Positions 1 through 14,075 of a DNA stretch of 64,000 bases are shown in pieces (the stretch's first letter is position 1; every line of letters starts with the position of its first letter). The notes under the pieces are model-generated. The model made no database searches, was not told the DNA's origin, and worked only from the letters and a program-made list of their open reading frames with translations. A program made the position numbers and the translations under genes. The DNA comes from Eledone cirrhosa (Eukaryota), in the NCBI GenBank assembly GCA_964016885.1, contig OZ024741.1:334862001-334926000 (forward strand). The letters run 5' to 3'.

Positions 1-1422
1 ATGTATGTCAATCGGTCACACACAACAAAGGTGTCGGAGCCTCTCTCTAATACGTTTTGAGGCAAATCAGCACACTGGCAGAATTGCCTCAGGTGTTTGA
101 TTGGCTTTGCCAGGTTTAGAATGCCCGTGGCATGCTGCATATCATTCAAGACTCCATCATGTGTTAAAGGCAAAGATATGCCTATATATGGTATAGACCC
201 ACAACTCTTGAGGGAGTCATAGTGGCGCCATATTGACGTATGACATTTCTTAGGGCACTTATTAAACCTGCCTGAGCCCATCCTCTCTCCACGCCTGAGT
301 ATTGCAGATTTCTTCTAGATAAGGATAGAAAGTGAAAGAAAGGAAGTAAGAAAGAGATATAGAGAAAGTATCGACTCCAGTACATGACTGGTACTTTTTT
401 AAATCAACCTCGATGAGATGAAAGGTAAAGTTGACTTAGGTAGGATTTGAACTCAGAGACAAGGTAGCATGAATGAATACTGCAAAGCATCTATCTGATG
501 TTCTAACGAATCTGCCAATACGTTCTTGCAAACTGGCATAGCTTGGAAGTGTGTGTGTGTGTGTGTGCATATGTGTTTGCATATATGTGTGTGTGTGTAT
601 GTTGAATAATTGTATGTATCCGGTTTAGAATAGGTACATTGTATTCCTGCATGTCATAAGAAACGACTAAAAGGAGTTGGTGTTGGGAAGGATATTCAGG
701 TGTAAAATATTACCTCAAGCTCCCTCGTTCTCGTGACAACGTGGAAAAATCGACTTAAAAACGATGATATATATATATATATATATATATAAGTGTGTGT
801 GTGTATGTGTGAATGCGTGTGTGGTCAACCCAAATAGACAGGCGCATAACCAAAAGCCTTCCAGCATGGACACATCTCGTCTTTTTAGGGTGTATGTGTA
901 AAGGACTACATTATCAAGGTCTTTTCCTTTTTAAAAGACATTGAGTGTATGATTTGAGGGAAATTGGTTGTTGCTTTTAGCGGGTGAGGTGGCCACGCTG
1001 AAGCATCCTCTTGTTGATTAATCACAATGGCAAAATAATTGCAATAAGCCACATTCAGTTGTGTGTATCCTAAGTGAATTATGAAAATATACCAACTATA
1101 GTTGCATGTATACGTGTGTGTGTGTGAGTGTGCATTCGTTTCATAATTAATAATAATTTAGGCACAAATCCAACAATGCTGGGGGAAGGGAAAGTTGATT
1201 GAATCTTCTCCAGTGCATTACTGGTACTTTATTTTATCAAAACCGTAAGGATGAAAAGCAAAACTAATCTCGGCAGGATTTGAACTCAGATTGTAAAAGA
1301 GCCGTAACATTTCAGAATTAATAACAATCAAATCCCAGGGAAATCCCACGTTTTATAATGGGGTCGATTTAATCGACTTTCCCCTCCCCTAAAATTGCTG
1401 GCCTTGTATCTATATAAGAAAC

Positions 1423-1462
<40 letters not shown>

Positions 1463-1876
1463 TTCTGTTTTGATCTATTGATCTTCAACATCCATTTTAA
1501 ATATTTACTACGTGTATCAACTTACTATACCATATCTGATAAAGATTTTCAACTCCGGTGAGCTTAACTTGTACAAGGGAAACAACTTTTGTTGGACTAA
1601 ATTATTTTAACCATCGCAGCCTTAAGACCGATTAATTAGAACATATATCGATTGAAGTATTGCACACACGCAACCGAAATATTGTGAAGTAGTGGTGGTT
1701 TTGGTGTTGTTGGTGTTGGTGGTGATGGTGAGGATGGTGGTGGGGGTGTTGAGGTTCTTGGTGACGGTGGTGTTGTTGTTGTTGTTGGCGGTGATATTGT
1801 TGTTGTTGTTGGCGGTGGTGGTGGTTGTGAGAGAGAGAGCAGAGGTAAATACATATATTTATAAAGCCCAAATGTA

Positions 1877-2780
1877 GATATATTTCTTTATTTGCCACAA
1901 GGCCGTACAAGAAAAGGGGATAATACAAAGACATATGCCAGGGATTTTACATACAATCGTGTAAAAAAATTTTAAAACAAACAAATTCAACAATCGAAAT
2001 CCCCAATAGGGGGGAGGCGTTACAAATGGGTTGTTTAATACCCCGTAGATAGAACAAACCTCAACTCCAGGAGCATGTTGTGCAAGTGCTCCTTTCTTCC
2101 TTTCGCTCTCTTCTTCAACCTACAGGTTTATATACAGAGAAGGCCCAATCACTTGGGCCATTTTTGCTCCATTCACCCACCTTTCAGCAAATTTACTGGG
2201 GTACAGTACCTCTCTCTCCACTCTAATTCTCCTTCTAAAGTGGTGCCTAAAGAAGGGATCAATTGTTGTCCGGAGAGAAAGGCATCTATCCTCAGTCCTC
2301 TCAATCTTGTCCCCATATAACCACTTTTACCATAGCCACTATACAGAGGAAAACCGCCTCTCTTTCATTTTTGAAAGAAGTTGGCGGTTTGATTCTTACT
2401 ATGGACTCGGCAGTCAACTGGATTTGTCCCAAACACGACAGCCGTTGTTCTGCGTAGTTCCACAGGTCGGTTACACCCGGGCAGGTTTGTCTCACAAACG
2501 GGGCCCACACCGGTTGGTCGGGTAAGGAATACCTAGAGATGCCGTAGTCTCAGAGCGTGTTTGCGCATCATCAGCCACGGCATTCCCAGCCCTCTGTTGG
2601 AAGGGTGCTGACAGCAGACGGATTTCCTCACCTAAGGAATTGGAAGAGCATGTGTTCCATCTTGGTGAGGTATTCACGGGAACAAGGCACGACGGTCAAG
2701 TGGCAGTAGATGACGGACGCTATGAAAGTGTTCGCTGCCTCCGCTCGACCTTTCAAGAATAGTTTGCACTCTGCCCACGA
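1877..2780 (-). mobile_element. Degraded 3' part of a Tx1/L1-like non-LTR retrotransposon
   Basis: GC-richer island with broken minus-strand ORFs (RLSCLGQIQLTAESIVRIKPP...EAVFLCIVAMVKVVIW). 3' end reads ccttgtggcaaataaagaaat with a polyA-like signal. Related 3' ends lie at ~14278-14680 and ~45305-45430. Confidence 0.6.
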
Positions 2781-2985
2781 GAATTATATATGATAGTATA
2801 TAATTGCCAAGTTGTTTCAGAATTAGCTCCATGTCTAAATTTTGAAGAAAAAGTAGATTTTTTTAAGGAGAAAAAGTTTGAAAGGCAGATATAAACACAG
2901 AGTAAATATAACCAAATATATAGATGGAAAAATTAGCTTTTAAATCATTCCATTATCTACCTGTTCTCTCCTTATTTGAACCTTC

Positions 2986-3013
2986 CTGATAAAGGACGTC
3001 TGTCCGAAACGTC
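2986..3013 (+). ncRNA. Degenerate minimal hammerhead ribozyme motif
   Basis: CTGATAA-a-GGAC-gtct-GTCC-GAAA-CG-TC. Core G8 is changed to A and stem I pairs poorly. Confidence 0.5.
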
Positions 3014-3249
3014 AAACTCTCCTCCATTTCCTTCAAAGGTTAACCCAATATAACTGTATTTTTGCATCCTTATGTTTGTTTTGTTTTCTTTATATATATA
3101 TATGTATATATATATATAACAAAAATTCGGATCTAGCTGTCGAAACGGCCGGAGCTTACCCATTGGGGTCCTGACTCTTTTCCTGTGTATATATATATAT
3201 ACCACTGCCACCCCCGTGTATATATATATATATATATATATATATGCCC

Positions 3250-3580
3250 CTACCACCCCTCACCCCCATCAACACCACTCCTTTCTCTCTAAAGTTATGT
3301 TGGTGCCACAACATCCAGTCCAAAATAAATAAGGTCGTGTAGGTGTCACAACAAAAAAACACACAGTCCACACTGCAATGCGGCCATGTAGGTAACACGG
3401 TAAAAACCTCCCAGTCCACACTGTAAACGTGGTTGGTGTTAGGAAGGGCATCCAGCTGTAGAAAACCTGCCAGACAGTCCTATACGAGCAAGACAACCAA
3501 CCTTGCCTCAAGTGGGACAATTCCCATCTAAACCCATGCTAGCATGGAAGATAGATGTTAAACGATGATGATGATGATAT
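3250..3580 (+). mobile_element. RTE-tailed SINE / non-autonomous element ending in (GAT)n
   Basis: Contains ggtgttaggaagggcatccagctgtagaaa...aacccatgctagcatggaa...gttaaacgatgatgatg. Related copies at 6805-6970, 15945-16210(-), 21782-22160, 46710-47000(-), 54420-54775, 56100-56318. Confidence 0.75.
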
Positions 3581-3786
3581 AAACATGTATGTATGTGTGT
3601 CTATGTTTGTAAAAATATATATTTATGTATCCCCCATCATCACCGTTTTATGTCCATTTCTTCTACATTATAATATGTTAGACCTATTGTGTGCAATGCT
3701 AGGTCAGGTGATCAAGTCTTGTTTATACAGAACTGATTTTGGTTTGGTTTCTACAGCTGGATGCCCTTCCTAACGCCAACCTCATT

Positions 3787-4352
3787 TACAGTGAGTACTG
3801 GGTGCTTTTTGTTGTGATGCCTACACAACCACTTTACAGTGTTGACTGGGTGCTTTTTGTTGTGACGCCTACACAACCACTTTACAGTGTTGACTGGGTG
3901 CTTTTTGTTGTGATGCCTACACAACCACTTTACAGTGTTGACTGGGTGCTTTTTGTTGTGACGCCTACACAACCACTTTACAGTGTTGACTGGGTGCTTT
4001 TTGTTGTGACGCCTACACAACCACTTTACAGTGTTGACTGGGTGCTTTTTGTCGTGACACCTACACAACCAGTTTACAGTGTTGACTGGGTGTTTTTTGA
4101 CGTGACGCCTACACAACCACTTTACAGTGTTGACTGGGTGTTTTTTGTTGTGACGCCTACACAACCACTTTACAGTGTTGACTGGGTGCTTTTTGTTGTG
4201 ACGCCTACACAACCACTTTACAGTGTTGACTGGGTGCTTTTTGTCGTGATACCTACACAACCAGTTTACAGTGTTGACTGGGTGTTTTTTGACGTGACGC
4301 CTACACAACCACTTTACAGTGTTGACTGGGTGCTTTTTGTTGTGACACCTAC
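3787..4352 (+). repeat. 48-bp minisatellite, ~12 copies, expanded inside a SINE
   Basis: Unit gactgggtgctttttgttgtgacgcctacacaaccactttacagtgtt. The 16-aa periodicity is visible in ORFs 3739-4461 and 3751-4440. Confidence 0.95.
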
Positions 4353-4964
4353 ACACACACATAAATATATATATATATATGTATATATTTATGTATCTAT
4401 GTGCAGGTATATATATATGTATATATGTGTGTTTATACACACATTATTTTCACTCAAATGACATTCCTTCAGTGTGTTACCTTGACATTTTTGTAACTGT
4501 TATTTGTTTGTTTTTTAATTATTTTACCTGTAGAAATTAGTTTCAGGTGTCATCATGTCACTGCATTGCTCTACAGACTAACAATGTTTAAGATTAATCC
4601 AGAGCTCAAATCATAAAACCTCATTCTAACTGCTTTTAATTTAGATCCAGTCCAGATAACATTTCATTAGAAAAAACAAACAGAAAAAAATTCCTGAATT
4701 ATTGTTTTTTCGTCCCCCTCCATCCCCTTCTTTATTTCTCTTTTCCCTGTCCCCTCTCTCTTTCCCTCTCCCGCTATTTCTCTCTCTCTCCCTCTCCCTG
4801 CTCCCCTCCCCGTCTCCCTCTCACATTTCCCTCTCCCTCTTTCTCTCTCTCCCCCTCCTCTCTCTCTAACATTGATTTCACAAAACTCTTCTAAATAACT
4901 CATTTGTTTTCTTTCATTTTATTTCACTTTTGGTGGGAGGGGGATTTTCTTCTCTTTGTTTATT

Positions 4965-5015
<51 letters not shown>

Positions 5016-5406
5016 GTACATTGTATTATTATAAAATATATTGTTGATGTCTTAAAGTTTCATTTTATTAGGGAGTTTTAAACAGTCTTTAGCTACTTTG
5101 GATTACGATTTCTTTCCCTAATAACTGTCACTTTAAATAGTTTTCTAATCCAGTTCTTGTCATCGTTTCTCACTCATTATCTCTTCATTATATCTCATCC
5201 ACACATTTTATAAAACCACTCTTGGCTATTTATCAACACCTCACATCTGCCTCCTTTAACTCACTTTCAATATATTAATCATTCCAACTCTTCAATTAAC
5301 TGTACACTGTTGCAAGAATTTCTTAACCCTTTTGATACCAAACCTTCTGAAACTGGTATGGATTTATGATTCAAAACTTGCACATTTTAATATGTTTCTC
5401 CCTATA

Positions 5407-5639
5407 TTAACCCTTTAGCATTTATATTACTATATATATATACTATTGTATTTTCGCAGTAAAGGCTTTATCTTACATAATTATCTCACATAATATCGAA
5501 TCTATAAGATTTCAGATATTATTTATTTTTGAGAACAATACCTTAATGTCAATATGAATGGCTTGTTATGGACAGTTTGAACAGAAAGAGGTGAGAGAAT
5601 TTTGGCCGGATATGGCCAGTTTAAATGCTAAAGGGTTAA
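5407..5639. mobile_element. TTAA-flanked piggyBac-like MITE
   Basis: TIRs ccctttagcattta / taaatgctaaaggg with TTAA on both sides. The empty site is visible in the paralogous segment at 5933-5958. Confidence 0.85.
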
Positions 5640-7140
5640 AACCTTCCATCATGGTTTTATTTTAGAAATGTTTATTAAGAAATATCATTGTTTATGTATG
5701 TGTGTGTAAATTTTAGTTAGTCATAGACAGAGGAATATATAAATGTTTCTAGAATATTCTAAGGACTATTTCTAAGAGTTCACCTCAAATTTGAGGTTCA
5801 AAACCTTCATTTAACCCTTACATGTTCATATTTCTAATGAAATACATAGATTTCAGATTAGCTCTTCTGATATCATACTGCCTGAAACTAGTCTGGATTT
5901 ATGGCCAAAACTTGCACATTTTAATACGTTTAACCCGATATTAAAACCTTCCATCATGGCTTTATTTTTGAAACTTTTATTAACAAATGTAATTGTATGT
6001 GTAAGGATCTTTATGTACATTTTAGAGTCATAGACAGAAGAATATATAAATAGATCTACAAAGACATACGGTATATTATTATGGTTGATTATGTACATCT
6101 GATTCAAGTAAATGTTGACTCGCGGTGATTCTTCTGTATTTTCTCAGAAAGAAAATCCTCTAGTCTTCTCAATGTAAAGCCTTCTCTGTAAAGTCTAATA
6201 TTCTAATAATGTTTCTAGAATATTATAAGGACTATTTCCAACACTTCACCTCAACTTTGAGGTTCAAAATCTTCATTTAAACCTTTCAAAATAATATTCC
6301 TCATGAAATACATTGTATTCCAATTAACTCTTCTGATGTATATAAAGTTTCGATTTTTGTCCATTTCTCAGACATAAAATAGTAGGATTGGCTTATATTT
6401 GTATCAACTTATATTCGAGTATATACAGTATGTAATGTTTTAAAGAAATGATAAACTTGGGTATTTTATTAAATTCCTTCAGATTTTTGGTTAATTTCAA
6501 AATTAATTGAAACATATAGACAATGTATTTCATTAGAAATATGTTAATGAGGGGGTTATGGGCTAGATCCCTGAGGTGGATAGAGTAAAGTGCATCTATT
6601 ATTGTTATCTCAAGACTTTGGGGTTGAATTTTATCAAGAAGGCTCATCTCTTTCTTCCTCTTTATATATTTAATATTATTATTTAATTTTTTAGTTCCCT
6701 GTCCCCAACTTTCCATTAAAAAACATCTTAGTGAGCTACAGAGTGAAATATCTAATGGGAATTTCACAGCTCATATATATATATATATACACACACTCAC
6801 ACACACTGTAGATGTGGTTGACATTAGGAAGGGCATCCAGCTGTAGAAATCTAGGCAGAAACAGTTCTGTATGAGCAGGACACGGTCATCTGACCCAACT
6901 TGCCTCAAATGGGACAACCCATCTAACCCATGCTAGTGTAGAAAGGGAACATTAAATGATGACGATGATATATATATAACCAAAATTAAATTAATGATGT
7001 CATGACTGAGAAACATGCGCCATACCCTCTGTAGAATAAGCCCAAAGATTCTAAGGGATAGATCCGAGCATTTATTGTTGTTATACATATATATGTCAAT
7101 CGATTTTTAATTGAATGCTTATATATATATATATATATAT

Positions 7141-7650
<510 letters not shown>

Positions 7651-8054
7651 TTCCACAAAAACACTTAACTCTCAACATCCTATAATGTCTCATCTCCTTT
7701 GTGAGATTCAGCATAATCATCATCATCATCATCGTTATTATTTTTATGTCTGTTTTGGTAGCTAGATGCCCTTCCTAACACCATCTACTTTACATTATGT
7801 ACTGGTACTGTTTTTATGTAACCCCATCATTATCACTTTATAGAGTGGACTGGGTTTTATTGTGGCACAAGCACTATGACTTTTAGAGTGTATTGCGTGC
7901 ATTCTATTGTAACACTAATGGCAACAGTTTACAGGATGGACTGGGGATATTTTATCATGACATCACCACCAGAAGGGTTGTCCAGAGTTACTAATATCAG
8001 GAGTAGCTTCTCATTATTTTGATATTACACCTTCATCTATATTTAACTGCTTTG

Positions 8055-8510
8055 TTACTTTATTTCTAATGAAAGACACCACCTGTTGTTTCCAAAACAT
8101 TTTGAAAATAATCAAAAATTTGCAAGGAAAGTAACTAACTTTCTCATTATTTAGTTGGTGTTTGGAACATAACTTAACAAAGGTTCTTATAATAAATTAT
8201 GATAGGAAGGCTTTTAGATTTATATAAATACTTTAACCCTTTTGTTACTATATGTAAGACACTGCATCATTTTGAAAACATTTTGAAAATAATCAAGAAT
8301 TTGGAGGGATTTAGTAGCTAACTCTCTCATTCTTTAGTTGGTGTTTGGAACATAACTTAACAAAAGTATTTACGTAACATTTTTGTTGCCATATTCCTAG
8401 TAAAGGGCACTCTGTGATTGCCAAATCATTTTGAAAATAACGAAGAATTTAGAGGGACTTTCTCATTATTAAGCTGGTGTTTGGAGCATAACTTAATAAA
8501 GGTTCTTGAA
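8055..8510. repeat. Three diverged tandem copies (~160-180 bp) of a MITE-like unit
   Basis: Recurring cattttgaaaataa...tctcatt...tggtgtttggaacataacttaa at ~8098, ~8279 and ~8427. Confidence 0.7.
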
Positions 8511-11500
8511 ATTATAATTGAAATTTCAAAATCTGAAATAGAAATTAAAATAATTTACATAGAATTATTAAATTTTTAATTGATAAAACAATTTATACCT
8601 CTTATAGACATTTGTATTTTTTAACTAGTTCATGCTAATGTAGACCACTAACCTGCCAATTCTAGAGAATATCCTGGTTTACCATTCCAGTTGAGTTACA
8701 CAGAAATAATGATTCAATTACAATATACTATAACTTCACTAAACAGAAGTAATGTTTCAATGTAACCAATTAGAAACTCTGCACTGGCCATGTCAAGATG
8801 TAATTGGTCGATTATCTTAACACTGTAGATTCTCTCTCTCTCTCTTCTCTCTCTATGTCCCTATTCTCTCTCCCCTCTCTATCTCCCCTTCTCTCTCTCC
8901 CCTCTCTTTCTTCCTCCATCCCCTCTCTATCTCCCCTCTCTCCCCCTTTTACCCCCTATCTCTACCCCTTCTACCTCCTCTTTCTCCTTTTCTTTCTCTA
9001 TCTCCCTTTCTCTTCTCCCTATCCCTTCCTTTTCTCTCTCTCTCCCATTCTTTCTCTCCCTTTCTCTTTTCTTCCCCCTCTCTCTCTAGTCCCTTCCCCC
9101 CTCTATGTTAATCTAATTTGATTAACATAACACAAAGAGGATATAAAACTTTCTCTGGAAGAATGAAACAGCAAACAGTAAAGTTTATATTAGCGTTAAA
9201 TCTGAACAGGGTAAACATAATTAGAGATGTTGATATACATCAATGGTAATAGTCAAAGTAAGTTATAAATTGGCATGGATGGATGTATGGATGTAGCTAG
9301 GTATTTATGTATGTGTGTAGGTAGGTATCTATGTATTTATGTAGGTAGGTATATAGATATGTATGTAGGTAGGTAGCTGTGCATGTAGGTAGGTATATAT
9401 AGATATGTATATATGTATGTATATAGATATACACCAATAACTCCTGATGGAGTTGTAGGGAGTGTTGTGACTTACAGTAGGTGTTGGGCACTTTAAACCC
9501 GGCGAACCTGATCTCCTCTCCAGGCCTGTACATAGCTGATTTCTTCCAGAGAAGGAGAGAGATTGAGAGAGATGGACGGACATATAGAGGAAGAATTAAC
9601 CTCAGTACTAGCTTGATACTTTTTTATTGGCCTTGTAGGGATGAAAGGTAACTTCAAAAGAGTACAGGGTGCTGGAATGAATGTTGAAAAGTATTCTATC
9701 TGATGTTCTAATGAATCTGTCAACTTGCCAGCTACAAATGGGCCTAGGAATAGCTTGTGTAGTTGAGAAGTTTGTTTCATAAACACAGTGTTCTAGGTTC
9801 AATCCTGCCACATGGAATCTTGGGCAAATCTCTTTATGTCTTCTTCCATGAGTTGATGAATGCTTTACTAGATAGCTGTATAGAAATCAATATTGCATGG
9901 AGTTTAACACCTCCACCTGACTCTTGGATACATTTAACAGTGGTAAGAAACTCTCAGGAGAGCTGGATAGCAGAAGGTCTTCAAAGAAGGAGACCCCCAC
10001 TCAAGCAAGTGTTTCAGCCCTTAACTTAATCCAGTCTAAGGAGCCTTGGCCACAACTAGGTCATGACTCCTGGGTGCTCTTCTACTGACATTTAACCATT
10101 TGGATATCAAAGACTTGTCGTGTATTTAAACTGTATGGAGATTTTGTTGACAAGATCTAGCTGGAACTCTTTTCTGAGTATACATTGTTGCCAACATCTC
10201 TGCCAGGTCTCCTGTCTTAGGATAATACCCTCCTTTCTTTTCATCAGTCTTAGAGGCTGATCAATTCATAACATCCAATAATCATTTTGCAGAAAATATC
10301 TAAAAGCAGCTATCTAATTTATGATGGTAAGAGTTGTCATAGTTCCTTGCCTTAATAATCTAAAGTGCCTAACTGGTATCTGGGAGATATGGGGTTCAAT
10401 TCCTCATAGCAGCCTATGGCAATTTCTTTCTGTATCTTTAAAGAGTCTTCACTCTGTTTTATAACATCTCCATGCATGAGCACACCATTCTTTATCTAAA
10501 AACATGTTTGTTTATTCAAATGTATATTTACTAAAGGACAGATTATTGTGAAAATTTGTAGTATTAGACTAAAGACTTCAATTTCTAATGTTATACAGTA
10601 AATTATGTGAAAAATAATGTGTTTACATGGTTGTTAATTCATTCTTAAAATCCTATATTGATTTAGCAGAAAATATCTAAAATACCATTGTTAATTCAAA
10701 TATATATATTATAAAAAACTAGAAATAAAAATAAAATTCAACGACCACCAAATAGAAATCTCGTTTTTTTTGTTCAAATCTCCTCCTACGGACTAATCCT
10801 CCATCCTTCATAATGAATGGTAAATACAAAGATTTTGGGAATAATAAATTGCTAAGGTAACTTTCAATCATTCGTCCATTCTTTTATTTTTCTCAATTCC
10901 CTTCTGATTATTATTACATTAGCAATCTAACCCACTTGTATTGCTTAGCTTTCTATACAAAAAACAGACTTTTAAGTTTCATATATGTTATATTTATTAT
11001 TGGTCAGATTGTAAAAATTTGCAGTATTTTAGTAAAAACCTTAATTTTTGATGTGATAAACCAGGCTATTTTGTATCTTTCAAGAATGTTTTTTCTAATG
11101 TGGTTACATGCAGTACAGGATGTTAAGAGTTAAGGCATTTAAAAAAAAATTAATGTTCAACTATGTAAGCTTAATCCCTCACTCAGTTTAACACAACAAC
11201 CTGATCTTTCAGTTACTTTAGCAGAGTCCACTTGGTTGCAAACATTCAGGCTTGGCCTTTGGTCTGAATCATGGCTACTATCTTTCCTCTCGCTGGTCTC
11301 GGTAACTCAGGAAAGAATTATAGGCACAGCCGTTTCTTTTGTGTATGAGAGAAAACTGATCTAGTTTGGAGATGTGATGTGTTTATAATAATAATAATGA
11401 TAATGAAATTATTGTGTACAGTGCTCAGGTGCACTACAACTCTTCAAGAGTCATGACATACACACAGATACAGTCATGCGTGTGTATAGAGGCAAAATAT

Positions 11501-11951
11501 CAGGTGTTGGTGAATTTCAGGTAGCATGGAGGTTGTAATATGACAGCTGCAGCCTGATAATGTCTGCCTTCCTCATTTGGTGGCTGTTTGGTCTGTGTTT
11601 GGTTTGCCAAATTTTGAGGGTGGGTTGCGGGTTGGTTTAGTAAGATTAATGAGTGCAGGGTGGTGTTCAGTTTAGGGTTTTTGCTGACTGTTATGTGGAC
11701 TGATTATAGCAATAATGGTCTTATTTATATCATCATCCCCATTTAACATCCATTTTCCATGCTAGCATAGGTTAGATGGGGAAAAGTTGAGTCATGGTCA
11801 CCTGACCCAACTTTTCCCCATCTAACATGGAAAATGCTAGCATGGAAAATGGACGTTATATATATATATATATATCTATATATATATATATATCATCATC
11901 ATCATCATCGTTTAACGTCCATCTTCCACGCTTGCATAGGTTTATATATAT

Positions 11952-12231
11952 ATTATAAATATAAGCTATCGCTGTATCTTGTCTAAAGAAATTAAAGAAA
12001 TTATTTAGCCTGATAGTGGGGTTAAGAACCCTCGGAGAAATGGAAAAAGATGAGTATTGACGTACATGTACGTACATGTACGTCAATACTCATCTTTTTC
12101 CATTTCTCCGAGGGTTCTTAACCCCACTCTCAGGCTAAATAATTTCTTTAATTTCTTTAGTCAAAATACGGCGATAGCTTATATTTATAATTTCAAACTC
12201 ACTCGCTGTTTCGAAAATATTCTTACTTGAA
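11952..12231. mobile_element. Spacerless palindrome (120-bp arms) with ~40-bp tail, TA-flanked
   Basis: Arms 11952-12071 and 12072-12191 with few mismatches. The centre is (cgtacatgta)2. Confidence 0.9.
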
Positions 12232-12433
12232 TATATACATATATTTGTAGTATAGTTGCTTGGATGCGTCCATAGGCGGTATGCCAGTTGAGCACTCTAT
12301 GCTCCTTTGGAGCAGAGTATGATAATATGGAAAACGAAGAATCAGTGATGCATTGGAATGCAATTTATTACGTATTACAAATGTTTCTCCAGCGAACAGC
12401 TCGAGGTGCGATCTGTTTGTGGATCTCTCTCTC

Positions 12434-12496
<63 letters not shown>

Positions 12497-13064
12497 CCGT
12501 AAAAAAGGTAAATGAAAGAAGAGTGCTCTATGTATAGTACAGAGCTGTTTAATTACATAATAAACAACACAATATAATTATTCCATTAGCAAAGTTTTCA
12601 GGAAATTTAGAATCATCTAATTTCGTGAAAATATATAATTATATGTATATATATATAATTGTGTTGAAAGTTCATGTGGTTTTTATCTTGTATCAAGTTA
12701 GACAGTGTAGTTAACTGTGAGTGGAAATCAAAACAAAGTCAACAGCTAGATCGATTTGGAAAACAAGTATTTGATTTGTATCGAAAATTGAATAGAAACT
12801 TATATTTCACATTTGGTAGCTAGCCAGTTAGTTCTATTATACAACACTTCCTCTGTATATGTTATTACATTTACTTAACCTGATGCTACTAACAGGCATC
12901 TCAAATGTTCATATTGACAAGTTGTGTTGTTTTGTATTTTTATCAATGTGTAGGATTTCAAAGAAGACTGTTACCTCATGGCTCAGACTGAAAATAGTTA
13001 ATTCTTTTATCTGAGAAAATTCAAGAGATTAACTTAACCTTTTTGATATCCACCCACCCCAAAC

Positions 13065-13435
13065 ATACCCTGACTTACCCCACACCACCTCAAACTACCT
13101 CTATTTCTGATACCCACCCACCCCAACTTCCTCAACCCACCCCAACACACCCAACACACCCAACACCTCCAACCCACCCTATCAACCCCAACCGACCCAA
13201 CCTACCCAACCCACCCCAACACCCCCAACCCACCCCACCCCACCCCAAACCACCTCTATTTCTGATACCCACCCACCCCAACTCCCCATCCCACCCCAAC
13301 ACCCCACCCCGCCCAACACCCCCAAAACACACACCCAACCCACCCAACACACCCCAACCCATCTTAAACCGCTTCTATTTCTGATATCCACCCACCCCAA
13401 CACACCCCAACACACCTCAAACCACCTCTATTTCT
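13065..13435. repeat. C/A-rich low-complexity expansion (ccca/cccaa) inside a TTAA-MITE-like end
   Basis: Runs of cacccca interspersed with a repeated accacctctatttctgatacccaccc unit. Starts just after ttaacctttttgata. Confidence 0.75.
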
Positions 13436-14075
13436 ATGAACTAGAACCACTCATTTTAAATTAAAATCTTCCAGTAACATAATTTGATATAAAAACGTTT
13501 TGTTGAGTTGTGTTACAAATAACAATACTTAATGAAATAATAAATCTTAGTCAACTTGTCCTGCAATAAATTCAAATATGATATATTTCATTGGAAATAC
13601 AGGCACAAAAGGTTTAACCTTTTAAAGCCCCTGAATTAGGTCTTTTGAAGAGCTCTAAAACCTTTTACAAGCTGATTTCCCTCATGTCTTCACTGGCTGA
13701 GTAACCTGGTTATTATTATATATAGTCATTGTTTAGATTAAAGGTTCTCAACCCTTTCTAACTTGTAGAATTTCTACAGTTGGACAGAAAAGTTGTGAAA
13801 CTTAAAATTGTATTGCAGCAGTACTGGCAAGGACATTAATTTTCTGCTACACTACCCAAAATTGTTGATAGGGAACTCAAGCTGAGAACCCCCAAACCCT
13901 TGATTTAGATCACTTTTCCATTTTGAAACAAACTAAACTTTATTGAACAAATTAAGGATCCTCTATATGGCTGTTGCTTACTGTGTGGTTAAAAAGTTCA
14001 CTAATTTACTCAGTATTTTAAATACAACAACAATAACAATACAACACTGAAAAATACAGATATAATAATAATAAT

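Noticed and set aside
1632-1934. His/Gln-rich and Pro/Thr-rich ORFs
   Set aside because: They come from a (GGT/GTT)n low-complexity tract.
3739-4461. 240-aa and 229-aa repetitive ORFs; CRISPR-like regularity
   Set aside because: This is a head-to-tail 48-bp minisatellite with no unique spacers and no cas genes. The ORFs are by-products of a stop-free unit whose length is divisible by 3.
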